Positions 40,320 through 56,411 of a DNA stretch of 64,000 nucleotides are shown piece after piece. Below the pieces are notes generated by a model that searched no databases, had not been told where the DNA came from, and was given only the letters and a program-made list of their open reading frames with translations. The DNA lies in NCBI RefSeq assembly GCF_009914755.1, contig NC_060928.1. One strand, given 5' to 3'. Both the position numbers and the translations under genes were made by a program. The stretch is from the human T2T-CHM13v2.0 reference genome, Homo sapiens. How positions within the stretch are numbered: the stretch's first letter is position 1; every line of letters starts with the position of its first letter.

Positions 40320-41204
40320 AAAAGAATGCACACTTTTATGATTCTGTTTCTATAAAACAGGCGGGAGCTAATTTGTGGTATGAGAAGTACAGACAATATT
40401 AACTTTGGAGAAAGGGAAGGAGAAGTGTTCAGAAAAGATCATGAATAGGGGACTTCTGTGGTGTGATTAATGTTACATTTTTTTACCTGGTTCTTTGTTT
40501 ACCAGGTTGTGTTGATTTTGTGATTACATGTGGAACTATCTACTTATAATTTTGTGCTTCCCTGTATGTCTTTTGTACTTCAAAAAAAGTTTAAATTTTT
40601 AATTATAACTGGCAGCTCTATTGAGTCTAGCCTCCCAGAGTGTTTCATTAGAAAAGGAAAGTAGTTAAGCTGTTGGAAGAGCCTCAGTGATGGATGATGG
40701 GCCTAAAACAAGAGAGTTGCAGAAAATTGGACAGGATGAAATGAACTGTTTGTATATATCTAAATTGAGTATCCATTATTTAATTTAAATGTCACCTACT
40801 CTGGTGCACTAGCCACATTTTAGATGCTCATGAGCCATGAGGCTCATGGCCGCCATAATGAACAGCACAACTCTAGTGATAAGCCATAATGGTGATAAAC
40901 TACACTTTATCATTTTATGCCTCCTTCCCATCCTGTCCATTATTTGGGTACCCTTTAAAAATTAAACACATGTGTTGTCTAATTACTGAAATAAATGAAA
41001 ATGCTACGGAAAAAATCTGGGCACCTATCTTCCTGGAAACTTCAGGCTTAATTCCATTTAGAGAATGGACCGTCTGTGACTTCTGAAAGAAGAACTTACA
41101 ATATTATTAATGGTTTCCCCTATTGTTAAGACAACAGACCAATAAACTTATTTTTTAATGTTGCTGCTATTGTCCACTTATTAACCAGTCTGTCTGCTTG
41201 CTAG

Positions 41205-41636
<432 letters not shown>

Positions 41637-43639
41637 TGATCCTAGTTTCTTGAAACTAGGTGAATATTTTTCAGGATGCCTGTCTTTTGGTTGTTATGGT
41701 CTTGATATCAAAATCACAATATTTCAGTACAGAGCACTAGCACTGCTGCCCTTTAATTTCTCCACGATAATCTATACTTAGCTAAGTCCAAGACACATGT
41801 TTATAAATACTACTTTTCTGTATTTTTGGCAGCTTATATTTCCAGAGAACTTCATTTTTAGTGTGAATGACAGGCTTGACCTTCATTTAGTTCTGTATGG
41901 AGCAGTTTGTTCTCAAACCATAGTCTAGTGTTAATGAGGAAAATATTGAAATCGAGGCTCAGAACATGGAAAAATAATTTGCAGTTGAAATCAGTGATAC
42001 ACCTCTGTAGGTTTCTGCTGAATAATTTCTTGAATTGGGTAATTTCCACCCTCTCGGCTTTCAGTAATAGCAGAAGCAACTACGTAAGCAGATTAGCCAA
42101 TAGACACAAGTTTATTACTTTCCTCACTCATGGCTAAGATGACTGCAAAATGAAAAGTAAAATAATAGTAATAATACAAAACTTGCTTCTCAATCTTCAC
42201 TGCCTTAGAATAGAGAAAACACTATAACTACCCTTAAAATCTGGCTTTGGAAAGTGATTGTCCAGAATATTCTATCTTCAACAAGGACTCAGGCTGCCAA
42301 TATAAACAGGACAGCAATTGTCTGGAACAGTTATTCCATATTCCACTATCCTTTTTGGAACATCATGATTAGGCCATCATGGTTACGCACTTATATAAAG
42401 AGCTAAGTTTGTGTTAAATACTAGAGGCAAAAAAATAAATTGGGTGCCATTTGGCAAATTATCTTCCCAGATCTACTGTTGACTCGGAATAAATGCCTTA
42501 AACAATTCATATCTCCATTTTCCAGGCAATCCAGCTATCAAGAGTTCACCATGGTGGAGTGGGCCAGGCTGTCCTAGTGCCTATGTCTAATTGTCTATGA
42601 CAATTAGAAAAAGGCACCAGCCCTATTTGGACAATCAAAAAGAAACGAATATCTCTTGCTCTAAGCTAATGAAGTCAATACCAAGAGGCTTGATGCGAAT
42701 CAAGACTGTATTTCTTGAGGGCTGAATTTCAACCCCTTTTCAAGCACCATCATCTGGGTGCCCTTTTTCAGGCAAAACTTATACAATGTATACCACTGTT
42801 GTGAACGGGCAGTTCTCAAAGATGAGATGCTCAGGAGACAACCTGAGTTTACTTGAAGTTTAAAGAAGACAAATATAATAACTGTGAGCTTTAATGGACC
42901 AAAACATAATTTTTAAGTACATAATTGATTCAGTGATTGTCTCAGGGAAACCAGCTACATTTGTAAGTCTGTTATGTAAGTTTGTTTATCATTAAGAAAA
43001 TATTTCTTAGCATCTACTATGTGCTAGGTACAATGCTGGCTAGCAAGGTAATGAAGTTGAACTTGAACAAAGTGGACACAGCCCCAACCTTTATTTTGTA
43101 GCTCAGAGTCTGGCAGGGAAGGGAAATAAACCAGCAATTATAGTCATAGGGGAAATATGAGGTGCTGCACTTACACATGGCAAGTGTAAATATCTAAAGG
43201 GCATGGCAAATATCTAAAGGGGTCCTAGCAGCCTAATAATTATATATTTCAGTAGATTTCAAGAGACATCTTGTCATAGTGACTTGATAACTGTTATAGA
43301 ATTTATGGTCTGTTTTCAATTTATTAATCACAGCTCCTGCTGCCCATGACATTGCAGAAAATTACTTACAACAGGATAGATCCATTCTGGCTATAGTGTG
43401 GCAAAAAGTGCATAAGTATTGCTTATCATTTCACAAGGAACCTCCTTCACTGGCGTAGAAAATGAGTATGTACTCCACAGAGGCCTATCTCCCAGGCATC
43501 CTTCATCAGTAATCCTGAGCCTGTAATTCCCTCATTAGGACCTCGGTGTTAGGAAGAAAATGACTCAGGAGAGGAGGAAGAGGAAAGGCAATAAGGAGAG
43601 CCAACATTTATGGAGTGCTAAATAAACATCCCTATACAG

Positions 43640-44170
43640 TTATTTATCACTGTCTGCCCCACCCAGAGTGCATTCCATAGGAAGCATCCCACCAGATGCT
43701 GCACCTCCTTTCCATTGCTTTTGAATCAGGAAATACAGGCCTCAAAGACAATCCATTCAGCACATGACCAACAAGCCAGGACTTCTTTCTTTGCTCTAAA
43801 AGATGAATTTCGACAATCAGGAATCTCTGCAAGTAAAATAAAGAGACATAGAGAATTACCTGTTAGTGGTGGGTGCTGGTTCCAAGTGACTATATAGGCT
43901 GGAGATTAGAGAGGCCATTTGAGTAACTTGTAAAATAAGGAAGCTGGTTGACAGAAGGAGGACAAAAAGCAGACCTGTAGAGAGGGGCAGAAAAAAAAAA
44001 AAAAAAGACAGAGAAGGGCTAATCCTTAGAGACAAACCAGTTCCTCTCCTCCCTGGTTGTCTAATTCTTCCTTGGTTCCCCCATATTTGTATTCCTTAAT
44101 AAGCCTTTATTTCCTCTGAAGTTATTTCAATGAGTTTCTAATATTTGCACTAAGATAACTTCAACTAAAC
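43640..44170 (+). mobile_element. Very old MaLR LTR (MLT1 group), tentative
   Basis: gaggccatttg...aagcagac...gagaggggcaga and 3' aataagcctttatttcctctgaagttatttcaatgagtttct...actaaac pattern. Confidence 0.4.
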
Positions 44171-45263
44171 CAATCAGCTAGGTGGTTTACATTTATAATC
44201 TTATCAATACAATCACTCTAACAGGTATCATTATTCCTATTTTACATACCACATAATTGAGGCTAGGTGAAATAAAGTACATTGGCCAAAGTGAAACAGC
44301 AATTCTGACAGCTGGTAATGAAAAAAAAAAAAAAACCTAAGGATCATATAAATACATGGAATTGTCTCAGAAAACCACTTTACCTCACTTTTCCCACCTA
44401 TCCTTTCCTCCACCAAGTTGAGTAGGTAGAGCTACCAATATCCCTTGACACAGGTACGTGATTTAGTCCAGAGAAAACTGGTATATGTTTCTATGTCTTC
44501 TTCTCCTTTGTAAGCCAGCATTAAAGTTTGTTTTAATGAAATTTCATCTTAACCAAAATGCCAAGCATTGATTCTCTCAGATCGTATATTTGTAGTGATA
44601 ACTTTCCTACTGTGTGAAATCATTGAAAACACAAATCCAAGATCGACTAACAACACATGTTGGCCCTAGAGACACCTCAGAGTCTGCTGCAGGCAATACC
44701 ATTGCTTCAAAACACAATTGCACATAATGGAAAGACAACAGACTTATTATTATGACATCTTAATACACCCTTATGATAGACGGAGGGCACGGGCAGGAGA
44801 AAGATTAATTTAGCAAGATAGAGCACTTGTGCAAATAAGACAGAGTCCTAAAGCAAAATATTGGGATACTTCCCTTCAGAAAAAAAAAATGTTTTGAGCC
44901 CAGAGTATGCTCTTGACAGGAGACATTTTTAGAATCCAATGATAACCCTGTAATTTTTTAAATTACAATATATGTATTTTCTTTAATTTTGAAATAAAAA
45001 CCCTGGAAAGAGATCTCTGTCAGATCAAATAGTCTATGATTCCTACAATGGTGGCAAATAATTCCAAATATATATATTGGATTTTTTTAAGGCTATAGTA
45101 TTTGGAAATGGCAGAATAAGATAAGGTATAAAAATGTCAATTTGTGAAGAATAGGCACTAGGCTTTTTAGAGAAAACATATGATCAACTGTGCCTTAATC
45201 TATTTAATTACAATACAGAGTTAAAATCCATAAAGGAGGGTTCCCTTTGTTTAGCAATTTTAG

Positions 45264-45267
<4 letters not shown>

Positions 45268-45299
<32 letters not shown>

Positions 45300-45423
45300 T
45301 AAAAATGGAGGCAGGGTTTCACCATGTTGCCCAGACTGGTGTCAAACTCCTAGGCTCAGACAATCGGTCTACTTCACCCTCCCAAAGTGCTGGGATTATA
45401 GGCATGAGCCACTGTGCCTGGCC
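45268..45423 (-). mobile_element. Alu left monomer with (TTA)n tail
   Basis: Antisense monomer; TSD AATTTTAGTTAT. Confidence 0.85.
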
Positions 45424-46413
45424 AATTTTAGTTATATTTAAATTCCTGTGGATTTCTTTTGGCATTTATTTACTTCATGGACTCTTTGGCTTTTAGCATG
45501 ATGCATTTTTGTAACCTCTGTTTAGTTTGGTTGGCTGTTAAGCCTATGACTTTTCAGAGTGGGTTCATTATGTTTATTAAGTATAATCTGGTGAGAAAAC
45601 CCTTCCAGGGTCTTTCTCACAAAGACAATATGAAGTAGCCAGAAAAATCACAACCATGTTTATGATTTTAATAATAACAACTTGAAAACCAGAACAAAAT
45701 ACAGAACTTAGTCCCAGGGATGACTAAACAAGTGTCATCAATTCATAGCTGCTATCATTTGTTGAATCACCTTTAGTCTTTGGAATTTCATGATTTTAGT
45801 TTTCTTGTGAAAGTAAAACAACAAGAGATACATAGCATTAATAATTTGAATAGTAGTAATATATTGCACATAAGAATTATAATCAAAAAGAGAATTTGTA
45901 TGCCAAAATGAAAAAAATAAAAGAACTGATTCCACTAGCGAGCCAACTAAAAACATCATGAAGAAAATTAAATCCAGGTTCTTCTTTAGAGATTTCTCAT
46001 AGCCAAAAAATAATCTAGTATTCAGTCCAAATTGCAGGCAAGTAATAAAAAACTCAAAAACAATGGTCAGGGCTACAGTCTAATAACAGGTGTGCTATAC
46101 TTTTCTTCTGAAACATTATTTTTCTTTCTTCAGTCCCCCTTTTCTATTAAAGAGAAATCACAGCAACACCAATTTATTCTCAATATACATTTTAGTCTTA
46201 TTATACTTTGCCTGATTAGTTGCATAAAGTGTAAAAAGAATAGCCATTGCCCACATAGGATCCTTTTTAAGTTGGCTTTGCTGGAATTTTTTCATAAGGG
46301 ATTTTGGATTAGACTTTTAAGAGCCTCTCAAGTCTAGCAAGCCAAATCAAGGATTCATCATGAGAATATGCGTGTAATGCCTGTACAAATGGGGTGAATT
46401 CCTTTTTTCTTAA

Positions 46414-46754
<341 letters not shown>

Positions 46755-47056
46755 TTTTTATTTTTTTCTTTTGAGACAGGGTCTCGCTCTGTTGCCCATG
46801 CTGGAGTGCAGTGGTGTGATCACAGCCCACAGCAGCCTCAACCTCCCATGCTCAAGTGATCCTCCCACCTCAGCCTCCTAGGTAGCTGGGTCTACAAGTA
46901 CACACCACCATACCCAGCTAATTTTTAAGCTTTTTTTGGTACAGATAGGGTTTCACTATGTTGCCCAGGTTGGTCTCAAACTCTGAGCTCAAATAATCTG
47001 CCTACCTCAGCCTCCCAAACTGCTGGGCTTACAGGCATGAGCCACTGTGCCCAGCC
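46755..47056 (-). mobile_element. Alu (AluJ-like), second of the tandem pair
   Basis: Antisense Alu; the pair is flanked by AGAAAGTGACAT (46448-46459, 47057-47068). Confidence 0.9.
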
Positions 47057-48521
47057 AGAAAGTGACATTCTTTACTTACCCCAAGGTCAGGGACCCTGTA
47101 AGAGAACTGTGCAGACCAGGTACCAGGCCAGTCTTTCTCTTTATATTGGCTTTATAATTTCAATCCCAGTCTTTCAAAGCAGTCTTGCCATGTTTGAAAA
47201 TATAATATTCCAGCCACAGCCTTGGTAAAATAACCAGTGCTTCTAATATGTCCTATAACAAAAGAAAATAGATTCTATTGAACTTATTCAAATAACTATA
47301 TTGAAATAAAATAAGAATGCTTATTAATACTTTCCAAATCCTGGAGAATTCAGGTAGAGAGAGAAAGGTAAATGTTTCAATTTTGCTTGCAAAAGAATAC
47401 CAATTACTGTAAGATACAAATTGCTCAAAAGAAAATAAGTTTTCTTGATTCTGAAAAACAAAATACAAAATGAATCAGCAATATTTCAATGAAAAGGTCA
47501 TAAAAATCACTTTATTCCCTCATCAGTTCAGTCCCATGTACTTCTTGTTCTGCTTGGTGTCATGTTAGCAATCTTCATGAACACGTCATTTTTTTTTTAT
47601 TAGAGTTCTGGAAGGTTTTATCTAGTTCAATGATATCATCTCCAAAGTTATCAGAAGCCTGTATTCAAGAGCACTTGTCAGAGTCTTTTCATGAAAGTAA
47701 TTTTGGACTGTAGTTGGTTGCCAGTGCTTTTAGAGAAGAGTTCAAAACAATAACTATGGATGGCAAAAACCTAAAATAGCCATGGTTAAAATCTGATGAA
47801 AGTTCCCAATTGACAAGGAAATTTAGTTATTTCTATTACATGCAGCATTTTCAGATAATAACCAGAATCATAACTGATAACATCACATCAGGGCTATCAG
47901 ATTTTAATAAGTTTCACATACTCTTGAATATTCACATTAATAACATATCCATACAAATATAACTTTAGAAAAGATTTAACAAAACCAAAATTATGACTAC
48001 TAGCATTATATTGTTATGAATCTGCATACTTTTGTAACATTGACATCAATAACATACCAATAAATGTAACTGAGAAAATTTGTTATTACTTACCATTTGA
48101 CAATGCCTCCCATACAATTTACCAAATAAGTCTAATCATTTGCTCTCTCTATAAGATGAGAGATATATTCTTTGAAACTCTCCAGGGGCCCAACTAGATA
48201 ATCTTAAAATTAAGTTTAAGCCAATAAGACTTAACTTAGGATTTTGATCCTGGGGAAACCTGCCAAAGATGTCAAAAGATTCAAAACAGTTGACCATAAC
48301 AGAATTACAGCTTATTGTTAAATAATAATAGTTCATTTAATCAGAGTGAAAATCAAAAGACTTCAGAAGGAATACAAAAAGTTGCATGGGTGTAAAAATC
48401 AATCCTTTTAAAGCTTCATTTTCCTAAGTAATCAAAAATCTAACACAGATAATGTGGGAATTATCTTGATAAAAACAAGTTTCAGAAAGGAATAGAGTTC
48501 AGAATTAGAAATGGAAACATT

Positions 48522-48833
<312 letters not shown>

Positions 48834-49044
48834 GAAATTAAAACCTCTTGCAGTTTTATTAAGATCAAATCAATAATTTAAGAAAATCTCGCTGTTCTAA
48901 CATAGGAGACCAAAATTTCTAGTTTTGTATTAATGTACTTTTAACATCAAAGCTCAATCTTTAAGAACACATAAATAATTTCCTTTTAATTAAAGGCGAC
49001 TGAATCACATGCAAAATTTATTTCATGAAGTTTTTTCATGAACC

Positions 49045-49210
49045 GGCCTGGTGCAGTGGCTCACGCCTGTAATCCCAGCACTTTGGGAGGCCGAGGCGGG
49101 TGGATCACAAGGTCAGGAGTTCAAGACCAGCCTGGCCAAGATGGTGAAACCTCGTGTCTACTAAAAATACAAAAATTAGCCAGGCATGGTGGTGGGCGCC
49201 TGTAATCCCA
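49045..49210 (+). mobile_element. Alu 5' portion, abruptly truncated in the right arm
   Basis: Intact head and left arm; stops at tgtaatccca, no tail. Confidence 0.93.
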
Positions 49211-50606
<1,396 letters not shown>

Positions 50607-51655
50607 TATTGTGGTGCATTTGTATGATTATTGTATGCTTTACAAATTTTTATTTTACAATAATTAGTATTTGCTCATTCATTTTCCAACCTGCTTATTC
50701 CAGTTCAGGGTCGCAGGTAGCTGAAGTCCGTCCCAGAAGCTCAGGATGCAAGGTATAAACCAGTCCTGGTCAGGATGCCATCCTATTACAGGGCGCACTC
50801 ACACACACCCACACTCATTCAGACTGGGACAATGAAGAGACACCAATTCACCTAAAGTGCACCTATTTAGGATGTGGGTGGGAACCTGAATGTCAGAGAC
50901 GTTGGAACCAGAGCAACCCCATCTTGAATAGGGTCTAGGTAAAATAAGGCTGAGACTGGGCTGAATTCCCAGGAGGTTAAGGCATTTTTTAGTCACAGCA
51001 TGAGATAGGAGGTCGGCACAAGATACAGGTCATAGACTTTGCTGATAAGACAGGTTGTGGTAAAGAAGCTGGTGAAAACCCACAAAAACCAAGATGGCAA
51101 TGAGAATAATCTCTGGTCATCCTCACTGCTCATTATATGCTAATTATAAGGCATTGGCATGCTAAGAGATGCTCTCACCAGCACTATGACAATTTACAAA
51201 TGCCATGGCAACATCAGGAAGCTACCCTATACAGTCTAAAAAGCAGAAGGACCCTCAGCTCTGGGAAATCTTTACCCCTTTCCTCAGAAAGCTCATGAAT
51301 AATCCATCCTTGTTTATCATATAATCAGGAAATACCATAAAAATGGGCAACCAGCAGCCCTCAGGGCTGCTCTGTCTATAGAGTAGCCTTTCTTTTATTA
51401 CTTTCCTAATAAACTTGCTTTCACTTTACTCTGTGGATTCACCTCAAATTCTTTCTTGCGGGAGATCCAAGAACCCTCTCTTGGGGTCTGGATCAGGATC
51501 CCTTTCCGGTAACAAGAATACCTGGAGAAAGCCCATGCAGACAGAAGGAGAATGTGCAAACTCGACACAAACAGCAACCCCAGCCAGGAATCAATTTTTT
51601 TCATCAATGCTATAGCTAAATGATGCTGAATGAAACATTATTCAAGGACATGCTA
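50607..51655. mobile_element. MER6 (Tc1-mariner), truncated on the left and split by MER41
   Basis: ttattccagttcagggtcgcagg...cagggcgcactcacacacacccacactca...ggagaatgtgcaaactc...ttattcaaggacatgcta+TA. Confidence 0.8.
50891..51514 (+). mobile_element. MER41 solo LTR (MER41B-like, ERV1)
   Basis: TGTCAGAGACGTTGGAACCAGAGCAACCCCATCTTGAATAGGG ... AATAAACTTGCTTTCACTTTACTCTG ... CCCTTTCCGGTAACA; TSD TGAA/AGAA. Confidence 0.88.
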
Positions 51656-53185
51656 TATAGAGAGATAGCTTTCATTTCTTTTTAGAGCAAGAATCACCCC
51701 ATTGTATGGATAGACAATAGTTCATTAGACTAGTCCTCACTGATGGATGGTGGGTTGTCTGCCTGCTACCATCTCTTCAAGTGTTAACTCCTGTGGGCCC
51801 AGGCACTGCAGTAGGTTCAGGGGCTTTACTACCTTACCATGAAGACCAGGTGTTCTCGTAGCTCTTTGACTCCTGTTATTCCTGCATAGATACCTCTAAT
51901 TCCCAGCTGCCTCCTGTTTCTGTTTTGGGGAGGCTTTTGCTTCCTCTCTTTTCTCCTGCCCTCTCCTGTTACTCTGCAACACCTTCACTCTACTCTGAGT
52001 GGAAGGGCACACTGCTTTCTATATTACCCTCAAGGACCTCATTTTGTCTTCTTTCTCTTTTGGTAGAAGATCAAAGGAGCTCTTTATTTTTCTTCAATAA
52101 CCTTATTATTTTGATAAAATAAGTAGGGCTTTCAGGCAGCCAGTGTCTCCAAGAAGTGACTCTCCACAAAACTCAAAAAAATAAAACTCTCATCTCCAGC
52201 ACTCCCTGATTTCTGAGAATAGAAATCACTAAGCAATTTCAAACATTCTAACCAGAGCTGCCGCCAAAGTATTGAAGATATGATCATGCTTCAAAGGTCA
52301 CAGGCCATACAGCTGTGGAAAGAATAGTAGATATGCACATCCTGTGGGTTCTTCTTTAAAATTCATTTACAATTGGAAGGAGTTCTACAACCATTCATGA
52401 ATGTTAAATGTGGTTTTGTTTATCAGAGAGATTGGCCAGGCTGAGGCCAGAGCAGGACCTCCACATTTGAAGAAGAAGGGCAAGGTTAAGGAAAGAAATA
52501 AAGAACTAATAAGTGAAAAGAGGTTGAGATAGGAGGGAAAGCTACACAAGGCAAGTTATGACTGTTCAGATTATCTTCCTATTAACCTTGACCTCCCTGG
52601 CCCCCTAAACACACTCTATGCTGATATGGACTTGCCTCCTCCTGCATTCTTCCTTTCCTCTATGTAATTATTAAATACCTACAATGCACCAGTGACTGTA
52701 TCCAGGGATAGAATGGGGTTATTATCAGGCATAGTTTCTGCCTTCCTGGAACTTAGTTTATGGAAAAGGAAGGTTATTTAAATAAATGAAAAGTTATAAA
52801 TGTAACAAGTGCTATGAAGATTCATGTGTTGAATGGGTGTTTTAACAACATAACTCACCAAAGGCACTCTGGGAGGAGTAATTAGTATGAGCAAGAGAAA
52901 AGCTTTTTATCTGAGGCTTTTTCCTTTTAAGAGGCTGTAGATCAAAAAGGACCCCAGTACCGGGAGATAGGGTAAGGACCATAGAAGCAGAGGAACAGAA
53001 AAGCAAAGAAGGAAACAAAGGGACAATTTCTACAGCCTCATAAATGGGGACATACACTCAGATTGAAAAGCAACACAAGAGGAACAAAAGTAGATATTTT
53101 CTATCCTTTCATCCACCTCTAAATGCTGAATGTGTTAATAATTGGCTCTGAGGAATACTTAGCTCTTTCTGGTGATAAACTAAGT

Positions 53186-53524
53186 CATAAGGGAAATGGC
53201 TGTGCTTTAATCAGGAGTAGGCCAAGGCTGCTTTCTGGTGCAGCATGACTCAGCGGGTTTGGAGTGCAGGCACACAACCCCCCACATTAGGTAACCATGC
53301 CATGTGAGGTGCATTAGGTGATCACCCATGTGAGCTTGTGCTTGGCTCACAGTCACTATTGTCTGTAAAAGGTATAATTACCCTGCTAACACTGTACATA
53401 TAGCTCACTTGTGCCCAGAGAGAGAGTAAAGCCCTGTCAAAATTGTCTACCATTCCTCAAGTGTTTTTCCAGCTACCTGCCACTCACCTACCAACTCCCC
53501 TCGGACTTCAGTTAGAACCTGACA
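53186..53524 (+). mobile_element. LTR18A solo LTR
   Basis: taagggaaatggctgtgctttaatcaggagtaggcc...gcatgactcagcgggtttggag...cagttagaacctgaca; TSD TAAGT. Confidence 0.85.
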
Positions 53525-53589
53525 TAAGTCTGTGCATATTTCAGCCATTATGGGCCACAAAGGAGGGTTACAAATGTCAAGATAGCTTT

Positions 53590-54740
53590 TGTTTGTTTTG
53601 CTTTGAATAGGTAATACATTCATAAGGTTTAAACATTTTTTAAAAAATTAAATGAAATGTCTTTCCCTTACACCCCCATGGGTAATATCTTTATTTCATT
53701 TCTTCGTTATACTTCCAGAGTAATTTTGTGCACATATTAAAACCCATTTATGCCTAGTGTTCCATTATTGGAATATTAAGCATGTGGGAGTTACTTACAT
53801 CCTACTACTGAAGGTCATTGCCAAGGTCTGATTCCAAAAATTCAAAAAAATTGCAACCTCAGGAATAAATGGGTTAAGATATATATACACAGATACTCTT
53901 TTACCCTCCTTCTTTACACAAGCATTACCATAGCCTTGCACATTATTCTACTCATCTTTTCTTTTTCACTCAACAAAAACTTAGATGGTTTTCATATTAA
54001 AACAAAAAGAACTTTCTCCTTTTTTTTGTAGCTGGCTAGTTTTCTATTGTAAATGTATATCATTATTTATTTAACCAGACCACTATCATAAACGTTTAAG
54101 TAATTTATAATATTTTACGATTACAAACAATGATGCTACCTTGAATAAGCATAATTTTGCCTGTCTAAAGTGTATTCGCACTTAAATTCCTAGGAATGGA
54201 ACTTCTGAGTCAAAGGTCATATATATTTGTAACAATAGCGATAAGTACTATTAAACTGCCCCCTATGAAAGCAAGAAAATGTACCTTCCCAAGTAATGTA
54301 TGGTAGAGTCTGTTTCCTCCAGCCTTGCTAACACCATGTGGTATGTAACCTTTGAATTTTATTCAGTCCGACAGCTTGAAAAATAATATCTCAGTGTAGT
54401 TTCCACTTTCATTTCTCTTCTTGTGAGTGAGGATAAGCATCTGTTCATGTATTTGGGGCTCTATATTTCATGGGACTGTTTGTTCATATCCCTTGCCCAT
54501 TTTTCTATTGGGTTGTTGTTCCTCTGGGTTAGAACTCTATATTAGGGGCAGAACCCTTTGCCTGTGATTTGGGTTGTGAATACTTTTCTCCATTTTTGTT
54601 TACCTTTCATGCATATTTTTATTTTATTCATGGTGTTTTTGCCATGCAGAAGTTGTTGTTGTTGTTTTGGCAAAATGTAACAATCTTTTTTTCTGGATTC
54701 TAGATTTTCTGGATTCCAGTCAAAGTTAGAAATGTCTAGG
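53590..54740 (-). mobile_element. Ancient L1 (L1M-type) 3' remnant
   Basis: taaattcctaggaatggaacttctgagtcaaagg; tgtttgttcatatcccttgcccatttttctattgggttgtt. Confidence 0.65.
53743..53873. mobile_element. MER85 piggyBac MITE
   Basis: TIRs CCCATTTATGCCT ... AGGAATAAATGGG; TTAA on the right, TTAA(AA) on the left; internal palindrome GTTCCATTATTGGAAT. Confidence 0.92.
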
Positions 54741-56411
54741 GAAGATAAAAGTTAACTGTATGCTGAAAACAGTAAGTTTTGGGGAAAATAAATATTTAAA
54801 AGACCAAGAAACACTGGTAGATTATGGAGTGTTCGAAAGCACCGCTTTCAAGGTGTTGCCAGAATAAAAGGTTAGTGGAAAGGCCTCACTTGTTCTTGTG
54901 CTGGTTTTGGGCAGAGGTAGAAACTGCCAAAAAATTAAAGGCTAGTTTTTTTTTTAATTGATGGGTAATACACATATAGTAAATTGAATAAAGGGCACTC
55001 ATCTTAAGTATCCAACTCAATAAATTTTCACATATGTATAGACCTGTGTAACTACCACACAGATAAACACAACATGAATCCCAAGTTCTTGATCACCTGA
55101 CAAATGGAAGAAGAAGGGATATTTAGTTCTGTGAGTCAGAGAAATTTTTCTCCAGTGCAATGGAGTAGGGAGAGTAAAGGGAATGAAGAGTCATGGGCAT
55201 CAAACCAGCACTGCTGGAGTAACCTGCAGGAGTCTGGGGAGCTCGAAGTTCCTCCCCAAATTCTCTCTCTTGTTAGAACTTATTTACAGGAAAAAGGTAT
55301 TGAGAATCCAAAAAACAAGTCAGGGTGGCTGAGATGTCATCTCAGGCCTAAGTCTTTGTGGGCAAAATAAAGATAACTCTATAGGAGTGGAATGAGGTGT
55401 GGCTGCTGCATTAGAGACAATGGGCATTTGAAGATAAAATTTAGGAGAACTGACTTATAGTATTGGGCTGGCATTTAATCCTTTCTTCTTTACTCTTTTC
55501 ATAATCTCCCCTCCTTATTTGGTTCAAACAAAATTTCTAGGGGGAATGAAAGTGGGGTAGAATAGGAACAAAAATAAGCCAACAAAAAGGTAAGGCACCC
55601 AGTAAACCCTCATTCACCTCCCATCTTCTATTCATATTCTTCCCAAGCTTTTTAAAAATATAATTACAAGCTTCACACAGGTGTAAAGAGACAAAGGGGT
55701 ATAAAATGAAAACTAAAATTATTCTCCTATCTACCCCATGTCTCATGCAAGTTGGAAGGGGAAACTCCTTAGTCTTAATGTTTCCTTCCACGTGGAGACG
55801 TGATATTTCTGGCCTCTCTCCACTCCACAATGGAATTCACTTTAAAATGTGGCTTCATCTGAGTAGCAAACTTCAGGGAAAATAAAAAGCTAAACCCGTG
55901 CATTCCTGGCTCAGCTTCTTCCTTTCTTTCACCTGGGAGCTGGCACCCCGAGGGAGAATGTGTTTACTGCTTTTCCAGGTGCAGGCTTTTCCCGAAATGT
56001 GGGAAGGGCTGCCCTGGTCCAGCACTTTTATAACTGCCTGGATAAAGTTCCTTCTACTAAAGGAACTTATTATGCCTTTTAGCTCTCACAGAAAGTTACG
56101 TTCTCCAACTTAGATTTTATTAATAATAAACATTTGAATCTTCCATCAACCTTATTCTTTGCCTTATTCCTTGATTTGTTCAGAAACTGAATATGGAAGA
56201 GGATTGGCTCTCTTCAGAGGCTTCAATAACACCTACTTATGACTGTTTCAGATTTCAATTCAAAAGAATATACTTATAACTCTATTTCTTGATGTGTCAG
56301 CTTTTGGAGTATCTGTTGGTCCTACTTTGTAAATAAGGAGGGATCTAGCTCACTAACTGGCTACTTCTTCTCCAAAAAATTGTTAGCATTTTTTAGTTTT
56401 AGCTCTACCAC

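Larger units (their letters stand above)
36760..40600 (+). mobile_element. Fragmented ancient L1 (L1M-type) with nested elements
   Basis: A-rich degenerate ORF1/ORF2/3' UTR phrases (aagacctagataaat...ggaagactcaatattat; agacttgagcaggcactt; METVWHYLLKLNM). Confidence 0.6.
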
